A program made the translations under genes and the position numbers. Below, in pieces: positions 9,640 to 17,977 of a stretch of 51,502 bases of DNA (its first letter is position 1; each line of letters opens with the position of its first letter). The notes below the pieces were generated by a model that was not told where the DNA came from, did no database searches, and saw only the letters and a program-made list of their open reading frames with translations. This stretch comes from Bacteroidota bacterium (GTDB lineage: Bacteria > Bacteroidota > Ignavibacteria > UBA10030 > UBA6906): contig JAGDMK010000002.1 in assembly GCA_017860635.1 (NCBI GenBank), forward strand, positions 1 to 51,502. The letters run 5' to 3'.

Positions 9640-10938
9640 ATGAAATTTGTGAGCGTCACAGTACTGATGCTGTGCCTGATCGCCGGATGTGCGGACCAGG
9701 GGAAATCCCCGGACGGCGGCGGGGGTGCGGTCGAGTTGACCTACTGGCCTGCACCGAATCCGCAGGAGATCCAGCTGGCAGACACGCTGGTCCGGCGCTG
9801 GAACGCGCTGCATCCTGAATGCCTCGTGCGCATGCAGCCCATACCGGTCAGCCAGTCCACCGAAGAAGTGCTGCTGGCAGCCATCGCTGGAGGGACAACC
9901 CCGGACATCTGTTCGAACATTCAACCCGGTGCCCTGTATGATTTTGTCCGTGCCCGGGGTCTCCTGCCGCTCGACCAATTCCCCGGTTTCGATTCCATCG
10001 CTCTCGAGCGGGCAGGAGCAGAACTCCTGCAGACGTTCCGGAGTCCGGACGGTCACATCTATCAGCTACCGTGGAAGTCCAACCCTGTCATGATGTTCTA
10101 CAACAAGCGGCTGCTGCGGGAGGCGGGGATCGCAGGGCCGCCGCGCACGTTCAACGAATATCTTGCCGCGGGAAGACGCGTCACGAAGGATACCACCGGC
10201 GATGGGCAGACAGATATCTGGATGGGCGAACGGGACATCCGGCCGATCTGGTGGCAACGCCTTTTTGACTTCTACCCATTCTACATTGCTGCCTCATCAG
10301 GGCGCACGCTGTTTGCCAACGGCCAGCTTGCCCTCGATGAGCGTGCTGCAGCCGAAGTGCTGGCGTTCTTCCGCACCTGTTATGGTGAAGGCATTTATCC
10401 ACGGACCTTCTTCCAGGCCGGTGATCCGTTTCTGCTGGAGATGAAAGCGACGCACTTCTCCGGCCCGTGGGAAGTGGCCACCATCAGGAAGTTTGCGCCG
10501 ACCATGGACTACGGAGTTGCTCCGCTGCCGGTTCCGGATGATGTCACCGGACCTGTCTATACCTATGGTGACTTCAAAAACATCGCCATCTTCAGCACGT
10601 CACAGCATCCTGAAAAGGCATGGGAATTTGTCAGGTATCTTGTGCGTGCCGAACACGATCTGCTCCTCCTTCAGCTCTGTGACCAGATACCGGTACGCAC
10701 GGACCTTGTCACGAATCCCCTTTTTGCCGGATACTTCCGTGCAAACCCGGTGATGGCGGAGTTCGGCAGGCAGCTCCAGCATATTCGGGGCATTGATACC
10801 GCACCGGACCTGAAGGAAATCTTTGACACACTTTCGCAGATTTATGAAGCAAGCGCAGTGTACGGATCGACAGAACCGCAGGACGCCGTGCGCGAGATTG
10901 TCCGGCGGACGAACATCATTGTGGAGTGGAACCGGTGA
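9640..10938 (+). CDS. Sugar ABC transporter substrate-binding lipoprotein (SBP_bac_1)
   Basis: Start re-assigned to the ATG at 9640 (MKFVSV...LIAGC lipobox); motifs AGGTTPDI, GHIYQLPW, MFYNKRLL, GPW, HPEKAWEFVRYL. Confidence 0.92.
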   Translation: MKFVSVTVLMLCLIAGCADQGKSPDGGGGAVELTYWPAPNPQEIQLADTLVRRWNALHPECLVRMQPIPVSQSTEEVLLAAIAGGTTPDICSNIQPGALYDFVRARGLLPLDQFPGFDSIALERAGAELLQTFRSPDGHIYQLPWKSNPVMMFYNKRLLREAGIAGPPRTFNEYLAAGRRVTKDTTGDGQTDIWMGERDIRPIWWQRLFDFYPFYIAASSGRTLFANGQLALDERAAAEVLAFFRTCYGEGIYPRTFFQAGDPFLLEMKATHFSGPWEVATIRKFAPTMDYGVAPLPVPDDVTGPVYTYGDFKNIAIFSTSQHPEKAWEFVRYLVRAEHDLLLLQLCDQIPVRTDLVTNPLFAGYFRANPVMAEFGRQLQHIRGIDTAPDLKEIFDTLSQIYEASAVYGSTEPQDAVREIVRRTNIIVEWNR

Positions 10939-11831
10939 ACGGACGTGCATCAGGATTGCGTGACAGGTTCCGCCGGAGCAATCGGAGTGCCTACGGCCTC
11001 GTGCTTCCGTATGTCATCTTCTTCCTTGCCTTCGTGGCGTATCCGCTGACCTTCTCGTTGCTCCTGGTCTTCCACCGGTGGAACATCGTCACGCCAATGG
11101 AATGGATTGGACTGAAGAACTTCACCCGGCTTCTGGAGGACCCGCTGTTCTACGCATCCCTGCTCAACACGCTGGTCTTCCTGCTTCTCCACATCCCGCT
11201 GCAGGTTGTTGTGGCACTCGGCTTTGCGCTTCTCCTCAATTCCCGGATCCCGGGACGGGGATTCTTCCGCGCCGTGTATTTCATGCCGGTAGTGGTCTCA
11301 GGCGTTGTGGTGACCATTCTGTGGCAGCAACTCTACTCGTTCGACAACGGGCTGCTGAACGGCATGCTGCGTGCTGTTGGGATTGGCCCGGTTCCGTGGC
11401 TTGTGGATCCGCGGATTGCCATGCCCGCCATTGCGCTGATGGCCACGTGGAAGAATGTCGGCATCTACATTGTCCTGTTCCTTGCAGGACTGCAAACTAT
11501 CCCGCGTGAGCTCTATGATGCCGCAAGTGTCGACGGTGCCACACCGGCGCGCCAGTTCCTGCACATCACGCTGCCAATGCTTAACCCGACCATGGTCGTG
11601 ATCGTCGTGCTCTCCACAATCGGAGGATTCTCACTGTTCATCGAACCGTACGTGCTGACCGGCGGCGGGCCGATGCAGAGCACGCTTTCAGGAATGTTGT
11701 ACATCTACAACCAGGGATTCTATTTCAATCATATGGGATATGCCGCGACGCTGGGCTTCGTCTATGCCATGATCATCCTCCTGATCGTGCTTCTCCAGAG
11801 GAGGCTCATCGGACGGGAGCAGACTGCATGA
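10935..11831 (+). CDS. Sugar ABC transporter permease (MalF/UgpA type)
   Basis: Six TM helices; EAA loop LQTIPRELYDAASVDGA...ITLPML; GTGA overlap with the upstream stop. Confidence 0.93.
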   Translation: MNGRASGLRDRFRRSNRSAYGLVLPYVIFFLAFVAYPLTFSLLLVFHRWNIVTPMEWIGLKNFTRLLEDPLFYASLLNTLVFLLLHIPLQVVVALGFALLLNSRIPGRGFFRAVYFMPVVVSGVVVTILWQQLYSFDNGLLNGMLRAVGIGPVPWLVDPRIAMPAIALMATWKNVGIYIVLFLAGLQTIPRELYDAASVDGATPARQFLHITLPMLNPTMVVIVVLSTIGGFSLFIEPYVLTGGGPMQSTLSGMLYIYNQGFYFNHMGYAATLGFVYAMIILLIVLLQRRLIGREQTA

Positions 11832-12637
11832 AGACGTTCTTCCGGTACATCATCTTGCTGGTCGGTGCAGTGATCTTCGCCTATCCGTTTCTCTGGATGA
11901 TTGCGGGATCGTTCAAGCCCGAACTGGAGATACGCGGATTCGGCCTCTGGTCTGAACAGTTCTCGCTGCACAGCTATCACACTGTGCTGACCAAGATTCC
12001 CATCGGCCGCGCGTTGCTCAACAGTCTGATCGTGTCAGGAGCCACCACTGCGTCGGTGATTCTTTTTGGCTCCATGGTCGGGTATGCGCTTTCAAGACTT
12101 ACGTTCGTCGGTGGAAAGGCCCTGTACACGCTCATCCTTATCACGATGATGATACCGTTCCAGATTGTCCTGATTCCTCAGTACATCCTCATGGTGAAGC
12201 TCGGGTGGACAGATTCATACCTGGGCCTGGTTGCACCGACGATGATGAGCGCGTTCAGCATCATTCTGTTCCGGCAGTTCTTTATGGCAATACCGCAGGG
12301 CTTGATCGACGCGGCCCGGCTTGACGGGGCCTCAGATCTGACAATCCTCTTCCGCGTCATCTGGCCCCTCTCGCGGCCGGTGATGGTTACCGTGGCCATC
12401 CTGACATTTATGACCAGCTGGAATGAAGTCCTCTGGCCGCTGCTCGTGGTGCGGGAACGTTCTCTGATGACTATGCCCCAGATCGTGACGATCTTCACCA
12501 CTGGCGGGGAGGCCGAAGCGCAGCTCGGTTCGCTCCTCGCGGCTGCAACACTGCTGGCGCTGCCGATAATCGTCGCGTATGCATTCTTCCAGAAGTACTT
12601 CATTGAGAGCATGGCCACGACCGGCTTGAAAGGCTGA
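11828..12637 (+). CDS. Sugar ABC transporter permease (MalG/UgpE type)
   Basis: FRQFFMAIP..LIDAARLDGAS EAA motif; WNEVLWPLL; FFQKYF..G; ATGA overlap. Confidence 0.93.
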   Translation: MKTFFRYIILLVGAVIFAYPFLWMIAGSFKPELEIRGFGLWSEQFSLHSYHTVLTKIPIGRALLNSLIVSGATTASVILFGSMVGYALSRLTFVGGKALYTLILITMMIPFQIVLIPQYILMVKLGWTDSYLGLVAPTMMSAFSIILFRQFFMAIPQGLIDAARLDGASDLTILFRVIWPLSRPVMVTVAILTFMTSWNEVLWPLLVVRERSLMTMPQIVTIFTTGGEAEAQLGSLLAAATLLALPIIVAYAFFQKYFIESMATTGLKG

Positions 12638-12639
12638 CC

Positions 12640-15201
12640 ATGACACGGGTATTCGGGTGTACGCTGCTGATCCTCTTCTGTGCCTGGCAGGCTGCCGGAC
12701 AATCCCCGTACGGCTGGGAGGAAGGCTGCGCCGTGCGGTTTGCCGGCAGGTACGGGCAGGTCGAAGCCGGCGGTCCCCTCGCCGGAATCGAATGTCACGA
12801 CAGCCGGCCGCTACTGTCACGTGTGAGTCTCTATGCTCCCGTTGCGAACAGCATCGATCTGAGCACGGACTATTGGAAACGCGGCGACTCGCGACCCTTC
12901 GTTGTTGGCGTCAGGCTGGACCAGCAACAGAAGCGGTGGCTGGGGAAGGAGCCCTGGGAGTACGTGGCATCGCCGCATGCCGTGCGTTTTGAGAGAACGG
13001 AAGGCGATCTCAGGTACACGATCCGGTACGACTTCGGCAGCCGGCTGGCAGCCGTGGTCATGACGATCGGCGTTGTGAACACCGGGAGCGCACCACACCA
13101 CCTGGAAATGTATACGCATATGAGTCTGGTGCTCCGCTCCTGCCAGACCTATGCAAGAATTGCGGCGGCACAAACACAGTTCGACCGCCGCCACCATGCC
13201 ATCCTCGGGTTGTTCGATGATCCGCGCGTCGCACGGGCTGCTGTGATCGTGCAGAATGCCGGGCTTGCCCCGTCGGCCTGGACGTCAAGCGGCGAGGAGC
13301 TTGGGGTGCAGGATTCCGGCTGGTCAAACTGGATCGAACGCGAAGACGCTCCTGCCTCCACGCTGTTGCGGTCAGCGAAAAGCCGGCACCCTGTGGCCGC
13401 GTTCACATATCGCTTCTCGATTCCTCCGAGAGATTCGACCGCAATTGTTCAACTCGTGAGCAGCGTTCCCGGGAAGGATGCGGAAAAGGCGATTGTCAGC
13501 GCCGCGAAAGACTGGAGGAAAGATGTTGCCCTCTACAGGACGGCCGTGCGCCAGGCGGCGTACGGCGGTGCGGGCTTCCAATCCGGTCATGCATGGACCG
13601 ACAGCTCGGTTGCCTATTCCCGCGCACTTCTCGAGGCCAATCAGCACTACCTCAACGGTGCAATTGTCCCTATGCCCTGTCCGGCCGAGTACAATTTCTT
13701 CTTCACACACGATGTATTATTGACCTGTCTCTCGGCGATTGCGTTCGATCCCGGTCGCGTAAGGCGGGATCTGCTCTCTATTGCCGGCCATGCGAAGGGG
13801 AGAGTGATCCCGCATGCATATTACTGGAAGGACGACGGGTTCAAGACAGAATACTGCAGCCCCGGCAACTGGAACAACATGTGGTTTATCCTCGCAACCG
13901 CCAGTTATCTCCGTCACACCATGGACACAACAGCAGTCCAGCGCCTGTACCCGCTGCTTACAAAGAGTCTGGAGCAGACGCTGTCCAGACGATCGGGGAA
14001 TGTCATGCACGGCACCGAGCCGGACTGGTGGGACTTCGGACATGCCGTCGGTGCACGCGCCTATCTGACCGTTCTGACGATCAGGGCGCTGGAGGAATAT
14101 GTGTTCGTCTCTGCGTGGCTGCGGAAGAACCTTCCCCGGCTGGGAGGCTACGAGGCCATGGCCTCCGGGTTGCGCGACGGGCTTATGACGGATCTGTGGG
14201 ATGAGTCCTCCGGCTACCTTCTGAACACAATCGGACCGGAGCGTGACCGGCACATCTACATGGGAGCGTTGCTGGCGGCGGTCTTTGGCCAACTTCCAGA
14301 TGCGAATGCACAGCGGCTTGTGGCCACAGCCAGGACTATGCTGGTGGACTCCGGCATTGGCATTCGTACCGTTTCCCCTGCGGATTTCCACACCGATTCC
14401 GTGAAGAGTCTGTACAAAGTGAAAGGGAACGAAGCGGGGAATCCATTCACGTACGCGAACGGAGGCGTGTGGTACCTCGGCAACGCCTGGTATGCCCGGG
14501 CTCTCAGGTCGACCGGCGATGCCGAAGGGTCATTTGACTTCTTCGCGCGGACGATGACCGTGGACGGTATCGTGCAGAGTCCCTGCGGGCAACCCGCATT
14601 GTACGAATACCGGTACGCGAATCCGGATGCGGCAAATCATGGATGGATTGACAAGCCGACCATGATGTGGTCAGCGGGCTTCTGTATCGGCACCGCATAT
14701 CTGCTCGCGGGCCTGGAGGATAACATCTGGAACGTGACAGCAGCTGGCAAAGCTGCGAGGGCTCTGGAACATGTGCGATGCACGTATGCCTTCGGCGGCC
14801 GCAAGTCAGTGGAACGGCGGGGCAGTGGTCCCATGCTGATACGCATGCTGGCCGATGCAAAGGAAATCCCGTCGCGCATCCTTCCGCTCGACGCCAGAGG
14901 CGCAACGTCTCTCACCGTCGATATGGGAGCCATCCGGCATCCGTTTCTGGACAGCGTGAATGCGATACTTCACGCTGCTTCGCTCGATCCGGATGCGAAA
15001 GTCCTGCGGTTTGTACTTTCATCCTTCGACGACCACCTGACAACGGTGAAAGTGATCACCCCCTGGCTTGCACGGTCCGTCACCATCAACGGTGGGGCGT
15101 GGAAGGACTGGGCTGTGACTTCAACACCCACAGGGACTCTCGTGGTGACAGTCCGGTACGGGGCTTCCGAAGGCGCAGATACTGTTGAGATTCGTTTCTG
15201 A
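12640..15201 (+). CDS. Exported six-hairpin (alpha/alpha)6 glycosidase-like protein, family unassigned
   Basis: Signal peptide; N-terminal beta-sandwich, then a helical domain with FFTHD, DLWDESSGY, GIRT and YANGGVW motifs reminiscent of GH63/GH94/GH133-type enzymes. Confidence 0.65.
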   Translation: MTRVFGCTLLILFCAWQAAGQSPYGWEEGCAVRFAGRYGQVEAGGPLAGIECHDSRPLLSRVSLYAPVANSIDLSTDYWKRGDSRPFVVGVRLDQQQKRWLGKEPWEYVASPHAVRFERTEGDLRYTIRYDFGSRLAAVVMTIGVVNTGSAPHHLEMYTHMSLVLRSCQTYARIAAAQTQFDRRHHAILGLFDDPRVARAAVIVQNAGLAPSAWTSSGEELGVQDSGWSNWIEREDAPASTLLRSAKSRHPVAAFTYRFSIPPRDSTAIVQLVSSVPGKDAEKAIVSAAKDWRKDVALYRTAVRQAAYGGAGFQSGHAWTDSSVAYSRALLEANQHYLNGAIVPMPCPAEYNFFFTHDVLLTCLSAIAFDPGRVRRDLLSIAGHAKGRVIPHAYYWKDDGFKTEYCSPGNWNNMWFILATASYLRHTMDTTAVQRLYPLLTKSLEQTLSRRSGNVMHGTEPDWWDFGHAVGARAYLTVLTIRALEEYVFVSAWLRKNLPRLGGYEAMASGLRDGLMTDLWDESSGYLLNTIGPERDRHIYMGALLAAVFGQLPDANAQRLVATARTMLVDSGIGIRTVSPADFHTDSVKSLYKVKGNEAGNPFTYANGGVWYLGNAWYARALRSTGDAEGSFDFFARTMTVDGIVQSPCGQPALYEYRYANPDAANHGWIDKPTMMWSAGFCIGTAYLLAGLEDNIWNVTAAGKAARALEHVRCTYAFGGRKSVERRGSGPMLIRMLADAKEIPSRILPLDARGATSLTVDMGAIRHPFLDSVNAILHAASLDPDAKVLRFVLSSFDDHLTTVKVITPWLARSVTINGGAWKDWAVTSTPTGTLVVTVRYGASEGADTVEIRF

Positions 15202-15392
15202 GCAACCCATGTTCCGGAACGCCCGCTGTTGCGGCAGGCGATCCGGTGCAGGGCTCATGGCGGCCATGAAAGACGTCTGAGACCTGGGAGGACGTTCTCC
15301 GGAAGTGTGCGTGTACAGGTTTCGTCGCAGATGAATTCGCCGGCGCGGGACAGCCGGGTGAGGGCCAACACTAGCAGGAGGGTTCGCATCTC

Positions 15393-16403
15393 ATGAAGGC
15401 AGCTCTCTACAGAGGCCGGCATATTCTGGATGTCGTCACGCACGACCTCCGTCCGTTGCGGGTGGATGAAGTGCTCATCGATGTCGAGGCATGCGGTGTT
15501 TGCGGAACAGATGTGCATATCGTGGAAGGCACGTCGCGCTCAAACCCTCCGGTGGTACTGGGACACGAGTATGCCGGCAGGATTGTTGACAGAGGCAGGA
15601 ATGTCTCATCGCACACGGAAGGCGAGCGGGTTGCGGTCGATCCCAACATCGCCTGCGGAGAATGTGCCTACTGTAGAAAAGGACTTGTCCACCTTTGTTC
15701 CTCGCTGCGCGCGCTCGGAGTGGACATTGACGGGGGAATGGCGGAATACAGCATTGTGCCGGCGGCGCAGTGCTACACATTGGGAGAGGAGATAGCGCCC
15801 GAGGTCTGTGCCTTTGTTGAACCGGTCTCGTGCGCGGTTCATGGCATCGACAAAGCGCGGATAGCAACCGGCGACGCGGTCGTCATCATCGGGGGTGGGC
15901 CAATCGGCCAGATCATGCTGCAGCTGGCCCGCGTAGCGGGAGCGGCATTTACCACACTGGTCGAGCCGGTCGCTGAGAAGCGAGCGCTTGCGGCAGCAAG
16001 CGGAGCTTCCCGGGTTATCGATCCGAGGGAGGTGGACGTCGCAGAGGCAGTACAGGGAGATCTTCCGGAAGGTGCGGATGTCGTCATTGAGTGTGCAGGT
16101 CTCCCGGCAACGGCGGAACTGGCTCTGAAGCTCGCCCGCAGGGGCGGAACCGTGGAATTTTTCGGCGTATGTCCCCTGGGAAGCACTCTCCCGCTGGAAC
16201 CGAACCAGGTGTATTTCAAAGAGCTTACCATCGTGGGTTCCTATATCAATCCGCACACATTCAGCCGTGCCATCGCGCTTCTTCAACAGGGAAGGGTGAC
16301 GGTGAAGGACTTCTCCATGGCCCGTTTTCCCGTGGATGGTGTGCACGAAGCCCTCCGGCATCACCGGGAAAGTCTGTCATTAAAAAGCATCATCATTCCT
16401 TGA
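15393..16403 (+). CDS. Zinc-dependent medium-chain alcohol/polyol dehydrogenase
   Basis: CGTD and GHE catalytic Zn motifs; CGECAYC...C structural Zn; GGGPIG Rossmann motif; SD aggagg. Confidence 0.92.
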   Translation: MKAALYRGRHILDVVTHDLRPLRVDEVLIDVEACGVCGTDVHIVEGTSRSNPPVVLGHEYAGRIVDRGRNVSSHTEGERVAVDPNIACGECAYCRKGLVHLCSSLRALGVDIDGGMAEYSIVPAAQCYTLGEEIAPEVCAFVEPVSCAVHGIDKARIATGDAVVIIGGGPIGQIMLQLARVAGAAFTTLVEPVAEKRALAAASGASRVIDPREVDVAEAVQGDLPEGADVVIECAGLPATAELALKLARRGGTVEFFGVCPLGSTLPLEPNQVYFKELTIVGSYINPHTFSRAIALLQQGRVTVKDFSMARFPVDGVHEALRHHRESLSLKSIIIP

Positions 16404-16600
16404 ATGCCCGCGTGAAAACACCATCAGGCGATACATCGGGGGCGAATGAGCTTGTCCCAAGGACTTCAAATGCCCACCGTCTGCGGAACCAGCCCGTCCG
16501 CCGGATGCCATGCCTGAACGGAAATCGCCAGCGTTGGCGTTCCACCTGGAGGCAGTGTTCCGTGCCGTGGTCGTTCTTCCATTGGCAGCGGTGTCTCGTC

Positions 16601-17977
16601 ATGCTTGCGGTCCTCGGTCTTGTCTTCATACCTCTGTCATGCCGGAACCAGCCACAGGGATCTTTGGTGAACTTTGGCCATCTGGAGCATCTTTCAGAAC
16701 AGATCACGGTGGGCGCTGACACCGTCGACATCGTCCATGTCTATGCAAACTATCCAGACTACAACTGGGTGAGCGCAAAGGAATCAGGCCCGGAAGGAAT
16801 TGCCTGCGTGGACGACGCGGGAAGGGCCGCGACTGTGTACCTGCGGGATTTTGAGCTCAATCACCGGGAGAGCAGTCTGGATCATGCACGCCGGCTGCTC
16901 GGGTTTGTGCTTGCCATGCAGGACAGCGATGGCCAGTTCTACAACTTCATCCTCGAGGACCATACCATCAACAGGGACGGGAAGACCAGCTTCAAGTCGT
17001 TCGGCTGGTGGGCTGCCCGAGGCATATGGAGCCTCGGTCACGGGTATCGCATCTTCAGAGAAATCGACACTCTGTTTGCGCGCCGTCTCGGCCTCGCCGT
17101 AGAGCGGTCTCTCCCGCTTGTCTATGCGCTGATGATGAACTACGGGCAGACGGAACGGGAGGGGGGATTCACTTTCCCACGCTGGCTCCTGTACGAATCC
17201 GCTGCGGATGCAACATCGGAACTGTTGCTTGGCCTCCTGGAGTACTGGCGTGCTGAGCCGTCCGATTCGCTGCGGATCGCAATCAGGACCATTGCAGAGG
17301 GACTTGTGCTGATGCAGGATGGCGATATCGGGGCGTTCCCCTTTGGCCTCCATCGATCGTGGCGGACGCAATGGCATCTCTGGGGGAATAGCCAGACCCA
17401 GGCCCTTGCGATGGCCGGGAAGCTGCTGGGGGACACTGCAATGATCTCATCCGCCCGGCGTGAAGCGGATGGTTTCTATACCAGACTACTTGGTGAAGGG
17501 CTGTTCAAGGAGATGGACCTGCGCACGCCCGACGAGCGCAGAGAGTTCGAGCAGATTGCGTATGGCATACGTCCCATGGCTGTGGGACTTATCAGGTTGT
17601 ACGAAGCTACCGGCAACTCCGACTATCTCCGCCTCGCGGGAATAAGTGCGTCGTGGTTGTTCGGGAACAATGCGGCCGGCGCAACGATGTACGATTCTGC
17701 AACGGGCCGGTGCTACGATGGCATTCGGGACAGCGCCACGATAAACCGAAATTCTGGAGCGGAGTCTACAATTGAAGCGCTCGGCACGCTTGTGGAGCTC
17801 GAAGCGTATCCCGAGGCCATGGGCTATGCTCACTGCAGGCGGGTGGGCGGGGCCTCGGTGCTGCCGCTTGGCACCCACGTGTTTGAACTGCCCGGCGGGA
17901 AACGTGTTGCGCTTCACATCGATGCGCAGCAACGCAGGTTCTGGTTCGAAGAGCGACAGGTGAAGGGCGACAGATGA
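16601..17977 (+). CDS. Lipoprotein with six-hairpin glycosidase-like domain
   Basis: Lipobox-like PLSC after a hydrophobic stretch (start 16601, alternatively 16505; the ORF-track start at 16091 overlaps the dehydrogenase); motifs ACVDDAGRA, QDSDGQFYNF, GRCYDG, NRNSGAEST. Confidence 0.7.
   Translation: MLAVLGLVFIPLSCRNQPQGSLVNFGHLEHLSEQITVGADTVDIVHVYANYPDYNWVSAKESGPEGIACVDDAGRAATVYLRDFELNHRESSLDHARRLLGFVLAMQDSDGQFYNFILEDHTINRDGKTSFKSFGWWAARGIWSLGHGYRIFREIDTLFARRLGLAVERSLPLVYALMMNYGQTEREGGFTFPRWLLYESAADATSELLLGLLEYWRAEPSDSLRIAIRTIAEGLVLMQDGDIGAFPFGLHRSWRTQWHLWGNSQTQALAMAGKLLGDTAMISSARREADGFYTRLLGEGLFKEMDLRTPDERREFEQIAYGIRPMAVGLIRLYEATGNSDYLRLAGISASWLFGNNAAGATMYDSATGRCYDGIRDSATINRNSGAESTIEALGTLVELEAYPEAMGYAHCRRVGGASVLPLGTHVFELPGGKRVALHIDAQQRRFWFEERQVKGDR

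Noticed and set aside
16091-16600. N-terminal extensions in the ORF track (also at 9445, 21361, 26052, 41201, 41444, 46203, 47143)
   Set aside because: They overlap neighbouring genes, promoters or repeats. Downstream starts give proper signal peptides, SD motifs or family N-termini.
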